This document shows, piece after piece, positions 49,990-62,860 of a stretch of DNA of 64,000 nt. Origin of the DNA: Mobula hypostoma. Lineage: Eukaryota. The notes under the pieces were generated by a model. It was given only the letters and a program-made list of their open reading frames with translations. It made no database searches and was not told where the DNA came from. The position numbers and the translations under genes are program-made. Location of the stretch: contig NC_086108.1 of assembly GCF_963921235.1 (NCBI RefSeq), positions 83,702,001 through 83,766,000 of the forward strand, written 5' to 3'. Within the stretch, counting starts at the first letter, position 1. Each line of letters begins with the position of its first letter.

Positions 49990-52558
49990 GAATCACTGAA
50001 GTTCAAGTTGTTGTGTACTCTGCTTCACAGAGACATGGCTCACCCCTAGAACTCTGGACACAGCTCTTCAGCCCAAGGGTTTCTCAATCCACCACATAGA
50101 CTGGACAGTAGCATCAGATAAAGGCAGAGCGAGTGGCGTTTGCTTCATGGTGCAGCACAGATGTGGCAGTCCTGTCTCAGTCCTGTTCCCCCACCCTGGA
50201 ACATATGGCAGTCAAGTGTCATCTGTTCTATCTGCTAATGGAGTTTTCTGCTGTAACTATTGTAGCATTGTACATTCTATTCTTAGGAAATGACAAACTG
50301 GTACTGGGGGAGCTAATCACCATGATCAACACTCAGAAGACAAAGCACTCTGACACTTTCCCTATCATTGTGGGGCCTTCAATCTTCAACATCACTTCTT
50401 GAAGAAGTCTCTGACAAACTATCACTAACATATCACTCATAGAATCAGAGGAATTAAGATACTTGATCACTGTTACACCACAGTCAAGACTGCTTACCAT
50501 GCCATCCCATGCCTGCACTTTGCTAAGTTCGAACACCTGGCTGTACTTCTACCCATTGCATATAGGCAGACACTGAGGACCAAAGTACTTGTGGTGAGAC
50601 CACAAAGGTATGGTCATGTGTGGTAAACCATATATATATATGTTGTAACTGGGTTAATTGTCTGGACACGCCCCTGTGCTGACTGCCTCTGTGGCTCCTC
50701 CCACAGACCCCTGAATAAAGGTGATTTCGCCTTGCTCCTCCTCCTCACTCCAGGGGCGGACACTTAGCATGGAAGTCATATTTTACTGCGAATAAAAGCC
50801 TTTCAGTATTTACCCTATTTCAGTCTTTTGGAGTAATTGAAGGTGCATCATCATGGGAGACTACTTTGAATCCATGGAGTGGACCATATAGAAGGAATCA
50901 TCTTTAGGATCGGAATGAACATGCCACGGCCATCGCTGACTTCATCTAGATGTACATGGATGTGTGTCTGCCTTTGAGAACATACCGAGTCTTCTCAAAC
51001 CAGAAGCCATGGATGAACCAGGAAATTTCTCAGTCTGCTGAGGGCTAGACCCGTGGCATTCAAGACCCCTGCAAGAAGTTCAGGTACAATCTACAGAAAG
51101 CCATCATGAGAACAAAAAGGCAACTCCGTAAGAAATTAGAGACACAATCAGGTGCACGGCAACACTTTTTGTGCACACTTTGAAAGGCCGACTAACTCTA
51201 CACCTGTGTGAATACCCACACGAAATCCAGCAACCCTGTAATCTGTCATGGAGGCCGATGTCAGAACGTTCTTCAAGAAAGTGAACCCTCACGGTACCGT
51301 AATGCTATACTGAAAATCCATGTTGATGTCTTTAACCTCTTACTGCCATGATCCGAGGTTCCCACCTACCTCAAAGGAGTATAAATCATACCAGTGTCCT
51401 AGAAAGCAGCGGAAGCTGCCTCAATGACGATCGCCCAGTAGCACTCACATCAACTGTGATGTGATGAAGCACTTTGAGAGGTTTGTTCTAGCTTTAATTA
51501 TTCCTGCCTGAGAAAGTACCTGGACCCAATTTGCCCAGCACCATAACAGGCACAATCTCCTTGGCTCTCCACTCAGCTTTGGAGCACCTAGACAACAGTA
51601 AAACTTACGTCAGGCCGTTGTTTATCAATTATAGCTCAGCATTCAATACCAACATCACCTCAGTATTGATCACCAAGCTTCTAAACTTGGGCTTTTGTAG
51701 CTCTCTCTGCTACTGGATCTTTAGCTTCTTCATTAGGAGATCATAGTCAGTATGGATCAGTGATAACATCTCCTCGCTGATAATCAAAAATAGGCTCACC
51801 TCAAAGGTGCAAGCTTGACCCATTGCCCTACTCTGATTCTACACTCATGACTGTGGTGAAGCACAGCTCAAATGCCATCTATAAATTTATCATCTCTGAA
51901 ACTGCTTTTGGCAAAATCTCAGATGGCAATGAGCAGGCATACAGGAGTTAGATCGATCAGCTGGCTGAGTGGTGTAACACACTGCACGCAATGTCAGCAA
52001 GACCAAGGAATTATTGTGGACTTCAGGAAAGGGAGGTCAGGAGAGCACACACTATTCCTCACTGAAGGGTCAGTGGCGCAAAAGGTGGGCAGCTTCAAGT
52101 TCCTGGGCGTCAACATCTCAGAGAATCCATCCTGGGCCCTACAAATTGATCAATCACAAAGACACCACAGTAGTTCTACTTCATTAGGAATTTGAAGAGG
52201 TTTGGTATGTCAGCAAAGACTCATGTAAATTTCTATAGATGTACCGCGGAGAGCATTCAGACCGGTTGCATCATTTTCTGGTATGGAGGCTCCAATGCAG
52301 AGGATTGCAAGAGGCTGCAGAAGGCTGTAGACTTGGGACATGACCTCTTTTCATTATTACCATTAGGGAAGATGTACTTATTATTCAGAAACAGTTTCTT
52401 CCCCTCTGCCACTGGATATCTAATGAATCCATGAATACTAATTTGTTATTCCATTTTTTGCAATATAATTTATTTCATAATTTATAGTAATTTTATGTCT
52501 TTGAACTATACATCATATAAGTGATGATAACAAACCTGATTCTGTTTCTGATTCAGAT
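49990..52558 (+). mobile_element. Degenerate Rex1/Babar LINE (APE + RT + tail)
   Basis: [67 protein letters not shown]; tail aaacctgattctgtttctgattc. Confidence 0.85.
50619..50850 (+). mobile_element. Solo LTR (232 bp, Gypsy-like)
   Basis: TG...CA termini; 5-bp TSD TCATG (50614-50618, 50851-50855); AATAAA at ~50791. Confidence 0.9.
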
Positions 52559-52559
52559 A

Positions 52560-52688
52560 AGCACAAGAGATTCTGCAGATGCTGGAAATACAGAACAACA
52601 CACAAAAAATGTTGGAGGAACTCAGCGCGTCAGGTAGCATCCATAGCAGGGAATAAACAGGTGATGTTTCAGGCTGAGTCCCTTCGGG
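52560..52688 (-). mobile_element. Penelope-like pLTR fragment
   Basis: cacaagagattctgcagatgctggaaat...; flanked by TTCTGATTC(A/G)GATA duplication (52546-52559, 52689-52702). Confidence 0.78.
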
Positions 52689-53084
52689 TTCTGATTCGGA
52701 TACAGTCAATACTAGGATAGAGAGGTTTTTGAACAGAAGAGGAAATGATTACAGCTTTTAGGCAGGATAGTGGCAATTACCTGTCCCATAAAAGCACAGA
52801 GAAAAAATAGACAAGGAGATAAGGAGGAGTGAAGAAAAGCATTGGAGAGGATAAAAGAAATTGAGTTACAGCATTTCACAGTTAAACCTCTGAATTTCAA
52901 AAGAAGAACTAATACTTCACATGGAAAAGAAGAATCTATTGTTTATGCTGTTATTGTGAATTATTTAAGTATAAAATATAGAGTATTTTTTTTGTACTGC
53001 ACGAATTGGAGTTGTCACTTTTATTTATGTTTCTTGAATTAATTATCAGCTTTTTTGCAATATAATTTATTTCATAATTTATAG

Positions 53085-54408
53085 TAATTTTTAGGAGAAT
53101 AGATAATTAAGGTGGAAACCACATATAAATGATGTCAAAGCAAAAATGTCAAAATCTATTGCAATACTGTACAAAGCGCAAGATTTGTTAAATCAGGGAT
53201 CTTTGTATATATATACTGTTCACTTATAGTCCCATACATAACTTCGTCACCTTGGCTATCCCTCGAGGTCGAGGGTGATGGTCTTCGTTCTGAAGAAGTG
53301 GCCCACAGAGCGAAGACGCCTGTGCGTGTATTGTTTAACGTGTACTTGATGTTGCACTCCAAGAAGCACACGATACTTCACAAATCAACCAACCAATTCC
53401 GATGGTATGGAAACCACGACGATTGGAGCTGATGGATTTGTTGCAGCCTTCATCCGCCTTCACAGCCGTTGAGTTCGAAGTAACTTCATCCGCCTGTTCC
53501 ACGGTTGAGGTCTTGGTTGAATTGTTCTTTGTCAGGGACCTCACCCTCGACCTTACCACCATGGGTGACCCTACCAGGAGCATAGCTCCAGACGGCATCG
53601 CTGTCGGGATCTCAGGACCACACAAGCCTCTCCACCGTGACAAGGTGACAATCCATGGAGAAGATACATAACTTACTGTATAGAGGTATGGGGAATTACA
53701 TACAAAACAAATACAAACTTAATATTTCTACTCCAAAACAAAGTCATACAAATTGTAAATGAGACAAGTTATTATGAGCCAACCAATCCACTATTTATTC
53801 AACTAAACACTTTAAAATTCAGAGATTTTGATAGATTTTAAAATAACACAAATTATGCATAAAGTAAAAAAATGGACGGCTACCACAAAGTATCCAAAGG
53901 TAGTTTAAAATGAGAGAAAGTCAACATGATTTGAGAGGAACGTGCATATTTCAAAAACAAAGGATAAAAACAAATGTAGAAAATCATTGTATTGCAGTCA
54001 GAGGGGTGAATCTATGGAACAGTTGTAGTGAGAATTTAAAAACATGCACCACAATTAACAAGTTTTAAAAAAATTTTAAAATAAGTTAATGAACAAATAT
54101 AGAATACATGATTTAAAATGAATGGGAGTAATGTAAATAAATGATACTTGGAATTGAATTTTGTGTTAAGATTATGAAATTTTTTGATTTGATGTGTTGA
54201 TTGATGCCAACTATGTTGTTGTATAAGTAAGAGGGGTAGGCGTAATAAGCTGTAGCTTCAGCCTACACCCTTTCGGTCTGTTTTAAAGAATATCTATGTT
54301 TTTTTGTTGTAATTTTGTCTTATGGAATCATCGTTATGAAATCATCATTGAAAATGATGCTTTTTGTTACGTTTGTACTGACCGAAATAAATTTCATTCA
54401 TTCATTCA
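53085..54408 (+). mobile_element. Crack/Daphne-like (L2-group) LINE 3' fragment, AT-rich
   Basis: WKPHINDVKAKMSKSIAILYK...YCSLIVPYITYCIEVWG...YYEPTNPLFIQLNTLKF...VRGVNLWNS; aataaat(ttca)n tail. Confidence 0.82.
53245..53663 (-). mobile_element. 419-bp non-autonomous RTE-derived retroposon
   Basis: 11-bp TSD ATACATAACTT (53234-53244, 53664-53674); 5' end resembles RTE (Rex3/Expander, BovB-type) 5' UTR: caccttgtc..ggtggagaggcttgtgtg...tagggtcacccatgg...gacaaag. Confidence 0.85.
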
Positions 54409-54589
54409 ACAGAATTGCATCTGAAACACTTCAATTGTGACACAGTTTCAATAGTTTGTTGATTGTGAAATGCCTTGGGATCTCTTGGAGCTTGAAAGGT
54501 CTGAATTTTTCTGTTCATTTTTTTTTCTTGAAGTTCTATTCCTTTTTCATTTAAGTCACATATTTCTTATTAACATGTGTACTTATTCA

Positions 54590-54935
54590 GTGCAGCACAG
54601 ACAGTCAATAGCTAATGATGCTGCCTCATGGCTCTAGAGATCCAGGATTGACCCTGACATTGAGTAGTATCTGTGTGGAATATGCAGATTTTCCAGTTTC
54701 TTTTAGGTTTCCTTTGAACTCTTGAGGTCCCCCCACCCCATCCCAGTAAATGTGCAGGTTGGTTAATTGATTAACTGTAAATTAGCTCAAGTGTACATAA
54801 GTGACAGAGGAATCAAAGAAAAACGGATATGTGGGAAAGAATAAGTTAAAGGAAAGTAAGAGAGGGAATGGGATGGATTGGTTTGCTCTGATTGGACCTG
54901 GCAGGAACCCAAAGGACTGAGTAACTTTCTACTGG
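54590..54935 (+). mobile_element. HE1/V-SINE-like SINE, degenerate
   Basis: gctgcctcatggctctagagatccagg head, tctgtgtggaatatgca core, tgtaaattagc, CR1-like tail. Confidence 0.65.
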
Positions 54936-55454
54936 GTCATAGAAATGAAGTGAAATTTAACTCACCATGTCTTCTCTTTCCATAATTTAATGTCCTTAGC
55001 AAACCTTTAGCTTAAATTTCTGCTCCTAGTATTGGTTCCAAGGTGTAAGTCTATTTGACAAGTGTTCATTGATTTTGGTATCCACTCTTGTAAAACATAG
55101 ATTAAGTTTCCAAGAACCAATCTCCACAGGATTCCGTTTAACACTTCCTTTCAGTCTGACACCAGGATTTCAATCTGTAAAGCTCATGCAACCTGCACTG
55201 TGCTGGGAATTGCTTGTCTGACTCATCCATGATAGCCTAAAATTGACCGAGCCCAATTTTATAGTGTCAATTTAATTAACTAATTAAACTAACTCTGTGC
55301 ATAGCTTTCTGTTTGTATTGATAGGTTGCTTCATGGTGAATGCACTAGAAGCTCAGGGAGGCTGTGCATTTCAGGTTAAGTTGCTGCTAATTGCACAAAG
55401 ATTGTTTCAACCTTTCTGTACTTTAAAAACTGGGTGTCAGATTTTTAATTGCTG

Positions 55455-56426
55455 TGTCATGAACCCCATGACGGGAATAAAGAACCAGCAGAGATGGAAA
55501 ACACTTTGGAGTCCAGTATTGCTATTAACTAATAACATTTATTAGTAACTATGCAATACAGTAATATAAATGTAGATAAATCAAACAGGTTAGCTATGAT
55601 TATATATAAGTAAGTATAACAGTAAGTGTGGAAATATATGTATGAAAAACCAAGCTTCTTTAAGTCTAGGGGTAAAAAAATACAGTCTTACGATGAAGAG
55701 TAAAGTTCAGTTAAGTTCAGTTCAGTTCATGGTATTGAGTTGAGTAGTGATGGAGAGAGAGAGAGAGGGAGAGATTTGACTCTTCAGGTGAGCTGACGCC
55801 ATCAATCTTCTCGTCCTTTGAAATCCTTTAAAAGTCACCGACTGTAACTTCAACAAAGGAGACTGGTTTTCTGTGGTGGAGCTATCCCCCAGGCGAGGGT
55901 GGACACATGGACAACTCCCCACCAGTCAACCCTTTTCCTGTTTTCCACTGCAAGAGCGATGGATCGATCCGCCTGATCAATCCTCCAAAACCCACTGTTC
56001 CTGCAGGCACAACAATGCTCATTCAGTGTCCAGAACATGTGTCTGAGATCTACCACCTGACCTCCTATTTTATCTTCCCGTGCTGAGCATCAACTGTCAT
56101 TCAAATAATCCCTCCTTCCTCTCCCTGTGAAGAAATGCACAAGCAGGCAAAAAGTCCTTGAAGAAGTATCAACAACCTGCCGAAAATCATAACATCAATT
56201 TCCATTTAAAAACGCCCTCGGTCACCATAGCAACTTACGAGCTGCTCGGTGCTGTCTTCAACTCCAACTCAGTAAAACTCCAAAGTTACTTCCAGTGCCT
56301 TAAAGTGACAGTCCAACCATTAGTCTTCGTCTCCCTCTCTCTTTTACAAACAAGCTGGTGTTAAATAACTTTCTCTCTCTCTTTTCAAAACAGCATTTCA
56401 TAGGGTTACTTCAGGATCCCGTCACA
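55455..56426 (-). mobile_element. Solo LTR (972 bp)
   Basis: Termini TGTCA...TCACA; 4-bp TSD GCTG (55451-55454, 56427-56430); minus-strand AATAAA at ~55538-55543. Confidence 0.88.
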
Positions 56427-56984
56427 GCTGAATAAAAGGAGAGAACAAAAGAAATACCAGAAAAAAATTGAAATTAAAAAAGCTATTGTGACTGTGATAT
56501 ATCGACTGTGATCAACTGACAGATCAAAGAAGGGAACCGTGCTTCACTTGGCTAGCGAGGAGGGTATACTGTATCATGCCTGAGATTGGTGAGATGTGGA
56601 TCACAATAGGGCTCCATGTATAAGTAATTTCAGGAGGACTGGGCCAGCTAAATTATCTGCGAAATATGTGCATGCCACTTGTTACCCATTGTTCTCTTGG
56701 GAAGCTGCTTGTCTCTGCTTATTGCCCTCAGTAAAGATAGCATAAGCACTGCAAATATCATTTTTTTGGAAACTGTAATGCACATCCACATGAAGAGCCA
56801 TGGTTGTGTTACAAGTTCTTCGCAGGTCAGAATTCAAAAAGTGACAAAGCTAAATGACAAAGCCAATTAGAATTTTCTGATTCACAGACTTGGAGACAGC
56901 TGATTATGTCATTAAAGAGGTAACCATAACTGTGTGGTTCTAATAGAAGTACAAAATTCCGTGGAATCATTGCATGTTATTTCG

Positions 56985-57975
56985 AAGAGAACATCCTTCG
57001 AGAGGGTGAACCATTGCACGGTGTCAGACCCTGGCAGGGTACCGAAAATCTGTGCCAACCAACTGGCTGGAGTGTTCAACGACACCTTCAACCTCTCCCT
57101 GCTGCAGTCAGAAGTTCCAACCTACTTCAAAAGGTCATCACTCATACTGGTGCTCAAGAAGGGCAGGGTCCCTCAATGACTATCACCCAGCAGCACTCAC
57201 ATCTACTGTGATTAAGTGCTTTGAGAGGCTGGTCATGAGTAGAATTAACTTCTGCTTGACCAAGGACCTGGATCCACTGCAATTTGCCTACTGCTATAAT
57301 AGGTCTACGGCAGATGCAATCTCACTGTCTCTCCACTTGTCCTTGGAGCACCTGTATAAAAACAAAACATACATCAGCTTGTTGCTTATCAATTACAGTT
57401 CAGCATTCAACACCCACTCAACTGGGGTCTCTGTACCCTCTTTAACTGGATCCTTGATTTCCTCATCAGGAGACCACAGTCAGTAAGGATCGATGATAGC
57501 ATCTCCACCTTGCTGACAATCAACACCGGTGGACCTCAAGGATGCATGCTCAGGCTACTCCACTACTTTAACCTCACTCAAGAATGTGTGGCTAGGCGCA
57601 GTGCAAATGCCATCTATAAATTCACAGACTGGCAGAATTTCAGATGGTGATGAGGAGGTGTACAGAAATGAGATAGATCAGCCTCCAAGAAGACAGCATC
57701 CATCACTAATAATCCTGACCATCCAAGGCAGAACATTTTCTCATTTCTACCATGAGGGAGGAGATAAAGGAGCTCGAAGACACATGCTCAACATTTTAGG
57801 AACAACTTCTTCCCCTCTACCATCAGATTCCTGCCTCACTTTTCCTCTTTTACAGTATTGATCTATCTGTCTATTTAGTTATTTATTTAGCTTATTTTTA
57901 TGTCTTGAAATTTACTGCTGCCACAAAACAACTTACATCATGACACGTCAGTGTTAATAAACCTGCTAATTCTGA
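56985..57975 (+). mobile_element. Rex1/Babar LINE RT and tail fragment
   Basis: [55 protein letters not shown]. Confidence 0.88.
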
Positions 57976-58487
57976 AACTTGGGAGCACTGTTGGAATTCT
58001 CACCATTGTTCCTATTGTGACAAAATTGACTACTGGAAGTGAAAGAAATGGAAGCCCCATGCATGTAGGAAATGGAATTGCTGATAAATACTTCATATTC
58101 TTTTAAAAGTCCACGATTTGCAGTTCATTTAAATGTGTTTGACTTGTTTCTTTAAACTTGCTGAAAGTTTCATACTCAGTCTGTTGCCTCTAATCCAAAC
58201 AACCATTCTGGCATTAGGGTAATCTACATTCTTAGATAACTACTGGGCTAATTAATGATGCAGTAGGAGTCCCAACTCAGTGATTAGCCTAATAGATTGC
58301 CATGGTAGTTGTTACATGAAGATTTTCTTCTTAACTATAAAACAACTGAGATATTTTCAAGTGCACATTTATGCACGGTACACTATCCAAACACATAAAA
58401 ATCTTACAGTTTCACATAGTAGAACTGTTGGGAAAAATTTTCATGGCTATTTTTGTATCTTGGTTTAGGTAGAGCACAAATGATGGA

Positions 58488-58589
58488 AAATATATCAGAT
58501 GCAGTAATTGGCTCTATTGTGCAGTAATTATATCAGTAAATATATCAGATGCAGTATAAAATATATCAGTATATCAGATGCAGTAATTG
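58488..58589. repeat. Short irregular tandem array of (A)TATCAGATGCAGTA(ATT) units
   Basis: tatatcagatgcagta occurs three times, with partial units between. Confidence 0.8.
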
Positions 58590-59700
58590 TGTCACTGGTG
58601 TCCCATTTATAGCATTATGTATTCAGATTTCAGTAATCACATTATATGCTAATTGTCACTTCTGCTGGATAAACTTGAACAGCATAGAGCCAATGGTATA
58701 ATGCCCTCTATCCCCCATCAGGGTTGTCTTAAAACCATTTATTTTTCTCCACAAAGGACTCCAATATGATTCCCACCACTGCCTAATTCTCTTCCACATT
58801 CATTATGGCTGAAACATATTCATTATGGCTGAAAATTTTAGTGAATCAACTGGATAAAATTCAGAACTGTACATCCCTCCAAACCAAACTCTTCATAAGT
58901 GACAGTAAGTGGTCACTTCAAAGAAGCGATCAGTTCTTTCAGTATGAAAGCATCTAGCAGCCTTTTAAATGTATGGGGGCCAAATTCATGAATTTGATAT
59001 AATGAAGTTGGTGATGATCAGCAATCCTCTTCATCAGGCAGCAGAAAATTCATGGCCCTTCCTCTTACTTGTGTTCTAGATCATCACCCTTAATAAACTG
59101 GCCTTCCCATTAGTTTTGAATGCTAGGTTTTACCTATAGCTGATTTATTCTTCATAATTCCAAATTTACCCCAAATTCACCCCAAATTCACATCAATATT
59201 TCATTAAAAAGTCTTTTCGAGAAGTATACTTTAAGAATGTCATCAAAGAAGTAAGACAAGTTTATTAGGAAGACTCTTTCTCTTCGAACTCAATATTCAT
59301 CTTTCATGAATATTTACAGTTGTTCCTTATAACACATAATGAATATTATGATATTCATTATTAATGTAGAGCCAATAGGTTGCTTGTCACTTTGGTAGAT
59401 GTTTGCCCTCTTAAGCATAACTGAGTATTATGATTTGATGATTCATTCCTTGATTATATAACTGATGTCTCATGTATGTTCTTCTGGGCTCTTTGTTTGA
59501 AGCTCCCTGGGATGAGTTTGAATGGCCAAAATTTGACAAAACTTATTTTATGGCAGAAGTTTCTGATACAAGAAGCATTGTAACATTGTAGAATGATTAA
59601 ACAGAGCTGAATAATACTATTCTCAGTTCTCAATAAGATATTCATTTCGCTATATTTTCATTCATTGTTTGATTATCCCTTTCAAAACTGATTAATTTCT

Positions 59701-62700
59701 TAGCATTCTCAAGAGGGAAGGTGCACAGCCAGATGTCGTGATCCATGTAGGGACCAATGACGTGGATAGGAAGAATGAGGAGGTCCTGCAAAGAGAATTT
59801 AGGGAGTTAGGTGCAAAGTTGAAAGACAGGACATCCAGGGTTGCAATCTCAGGATTGCTACCCGTGCCATGTGCTAGTGAGGCTAGAAATAGGAAGATAA
59901 TGCAGCTAAATATGTGGCTAAGGATTTGGTGCAGGAGGGAGGGCTTCATGTTTCTGGACAATTGGGCCTTGTTCCAGGGAAGGTGGGACCTGTACCGACA
60001 GGATGGGTTGCACCTGAACTGGAGGGGGACTAACATCCTTGCAGGAAGGTTTGCTAGTGCTGCTCCAGGGGGTTTAAACTAGTTTTGCAGGGGGAGGGGA
60101 ACAAGAGGGTTAGAGCAGATAGTGAGGTGGAGGAGGAGGTGAGGTGAGGTGAGGTCATGCGAGAACTGCAAGTACAGTGCATAGAGTAAAGCTGGATCTA
60201 ACATATAAAGAGGCTTTGAGGAATGAGAAGCAGAATAAAGGGTGCAAAGGTAGTAAGTTAGAAGGGCTAAAGTGCATGTACTTCAATGCAAGAAGCATCA
60301 GGAACGAAGGTGATGCACTGACAGCTTGGATACATGCATGGAATTATGATGTAGTGGCCATTACAGAGACTTGGCTGGCACCAGGGCAGGAATGGATTCT
60401 CAATATTCCTGGATTTCAGTGCTTTAAAAGGGATAGAGAGGGGGGAAAATGGAGGAGGGGTGGCGTTACTGGTCAGGGATACTATTACAGCTACAGAAAG
60501 GGTGGGTAATGTAGCAGGATCCTCTTTTGAGTCAGTATAGGTAGAAGTCTGGAACAGGAAGGGAGCAGTTACTCCATTGGGAGTATTCTGTAGGCCCCCT
60601 GGTAGCAGCAGAGATACCGAGGAGCAAATTGGGAGGCAGATTTCGGAAAGGTGCAAAAATAACAGGGTTGTTATCATGGCTGACTTTAACTTCCCTAATA
60701 TTAATTGGCACCTGATTAGTTCCAATGGTTTAGACAGGGCAGAGTTTGTTAAGTGTGTCCAGGTCAGATTCCTGTCACAGTATGTTGACAGACCGACCGG
60801 GGGGGAATGCCGTATTAGATCTAGTATTAGGTAGCGAACCGGGTCAGGTCACAGATCGCTCAGTGGGTGAGCATCTGGGGGACAGTGACCACCGCTCCCT
60901 GGCCTTTAGCATTATCATGGAAAAGGATAGAATCAGAGAAGACAGGAAAATTTTTAATTGAGGAAGGACAAATTATGAGGCTATAAGGCTAGAAATTGCT
61001 GGTGTGAATTGGGATGATGTTTTTGCAGGGAAATGTACTGTGGACATGTGGTCGATGTTCAGGGATCTCTTTCGGGATGTTAGGGATAAATTTGTCCCGG
61101 TGAGGAAGTTAAAGAATGGTAGGGTGAAGGAACTATAAGTGACAAGAGATGTATAAAATCTAGTCAGGTGGAAGAAGGCAGCATACATGAGGTTTAGGAA
61201 GCAAGGATCAGATGGGTCTTTTGAGGAATATAGGGTAGCAAGAAAGGAGCTTAAGAAAGGGCTGAGGAGAGCAAGAAGGGGGCATGAGAAGGCCTTGGCA
61301 AGAAGAGTAACGGTTAACCCCAAGGTATTCTTCAATTATGTGAAGAACAAAAGGATGACAGGAGTGAAGATATGACCGATTAGAAGATATCCCTGGAGGC
61401 TGTGGAAGTGAGCGAGGTCCTCAATGAATACTTCTCTTTGGTATTCACCATTGAGAGGGAACTTGATGACGGTGAGGACAATATGAGTGAGGTTGATGTT
61501 CTGGAGCATGTTGATATTAAGGGAGAGGAGGTGTTGGAGTTGTTAAAATACATTAGAACGGATAAGTCCCCGGGGCCTGATGGAATATTCCCCAGGCTGC
61601 TCCACAAGGCAAGGGAAGAGATTTCTGAGCCTCTGGCTAGGATCTTTATGTCCTCAATGTCCACGGGAATGGTACCAGAGGATTGGAGGGAGGCGAATGT
61701 TGTCCCCTTGTTCAAAAAAGGTAGTAGGGATAGTTCGGGTAATTATAGACCAGTGAGCCTTACGTCTGTGGTGGGAAAGCCGTTGGAAAAGATTCTTAGA
61801 GATAGTACCTATGGGCATTTAGAGAATCATGGTCTAATCAGGGACAGTCAGCATGGCTTTGTGAAGGGCAGATCGTGTCTAACAAGCCTGATAGAGTTCT
61901 TTGTGGAGGTGACCGGGCATATAGATGAGGGTAGTGTAGTGGATGTGATCTACATGGATTTTAGTAAGGCATTTGACAAAGTTCCACATGGTAGGCTTAT
62001 TCAGAAAGTCAGAAGGCATGGGATCCAGGGAAATTTGCCAGGTGGATTCAGAATTGGCTTGCCTGCAGAAAGCAGAGGGTCGTGGTGGAGGGATTACATT
62101 CAGATTGGAGGGTTGTGACTAGTGATGTCCCACAAGGATCTGTTCTGGGACCTCTACTTTTTGTGATTTTTATTAACAACCTGGATGTGGGGGTAGAAGG
62201 ATGGGTTGGCAAGTTTGCAGATGACACAAAGGTTGGTGGTGTTGTGGATAGTGTAGAGAATTGTTGAAGATTGCAGAGAGACATTGATAAGATGCAGAAT
62301 TGGGCTGAGAAGTGGCAGATGGAGTTCAACCCGGAGAAGTGTGAGGTGATACACTTCGGAAGGACAAACTCCAAGGCAAAGTACAAAGTAAATGGCAGGA
62401 TACTTGGAAGTGTGGAGGAACAGAGGGATCTGGGGCTACATGTCCACAGATCCTTGAAAGTTGCCTCACAGGTAGATAGGGTAGTTAAGAAAGCTTATGG
62501 AGTGTTAGCTTTCATAATTCGAGGAATAGAGTTTAAGAGTGGCGGGGTAACGATGCAGCTCTATAAACCTCTGGTTAGACCACACTTGGAGTACTGTGTC
62601 CAGTTCTGGTCGCCTCACTATAGGAAGGATGTCGGAGCATTGGAAAGGGTACAGAGGAGATTTACCAGGATGCTGCCTGGTTTAGAGAGCATGCATTATG

Positions 62701-62860
62701 ATCAGAGATTAAGGGAGCTAGGGCTTTACTCTCTGGAGAGAAGGAGGATGAGAGGAGATATGATAGAAGTATACAAGATGTTAAGAGGAATAGATAGAGT
62801 GGACAGTGAGTGCCTCTTCCCCAGGGCACCACTGCTCAATACAAGAGGACATGGCTTTAA
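59701..62860 (+). mobile_element. CR1 LINE: ORF1 SGNH esterase-like fragment + degenerate ORF2
   Basis: IHVGTND, DGLHLN (ORF1); [59 protein letters not shown]. Confidence 0.94.

Noticed and set aside
56522..56583. Ankyrin-like peptide KKGTVLHLASEEG
   Set aside because: Frame is closed by nearby stops on both sides, splice signals are poor and there is no second repeat; likely chance
58488..58589. CRISPR-like repeat array
   Set aside because: No unique spacers of regular length, eukaryotic context, no cas genes
59503..59590. Exon-like peptide PWDEFEWPKFDKTYFMAEVSDTRSI
   Set aside because: No recognisable homology and a weak donor; cannot be linked to other exons
59738..60082. SGNH/GDSL esterase-like ORF as a host enzyme gene (also 13528-13755)
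   Set aside because: It is the known esterase-like domain of CR1 ORF1, directly upstream of CR1 ORF2
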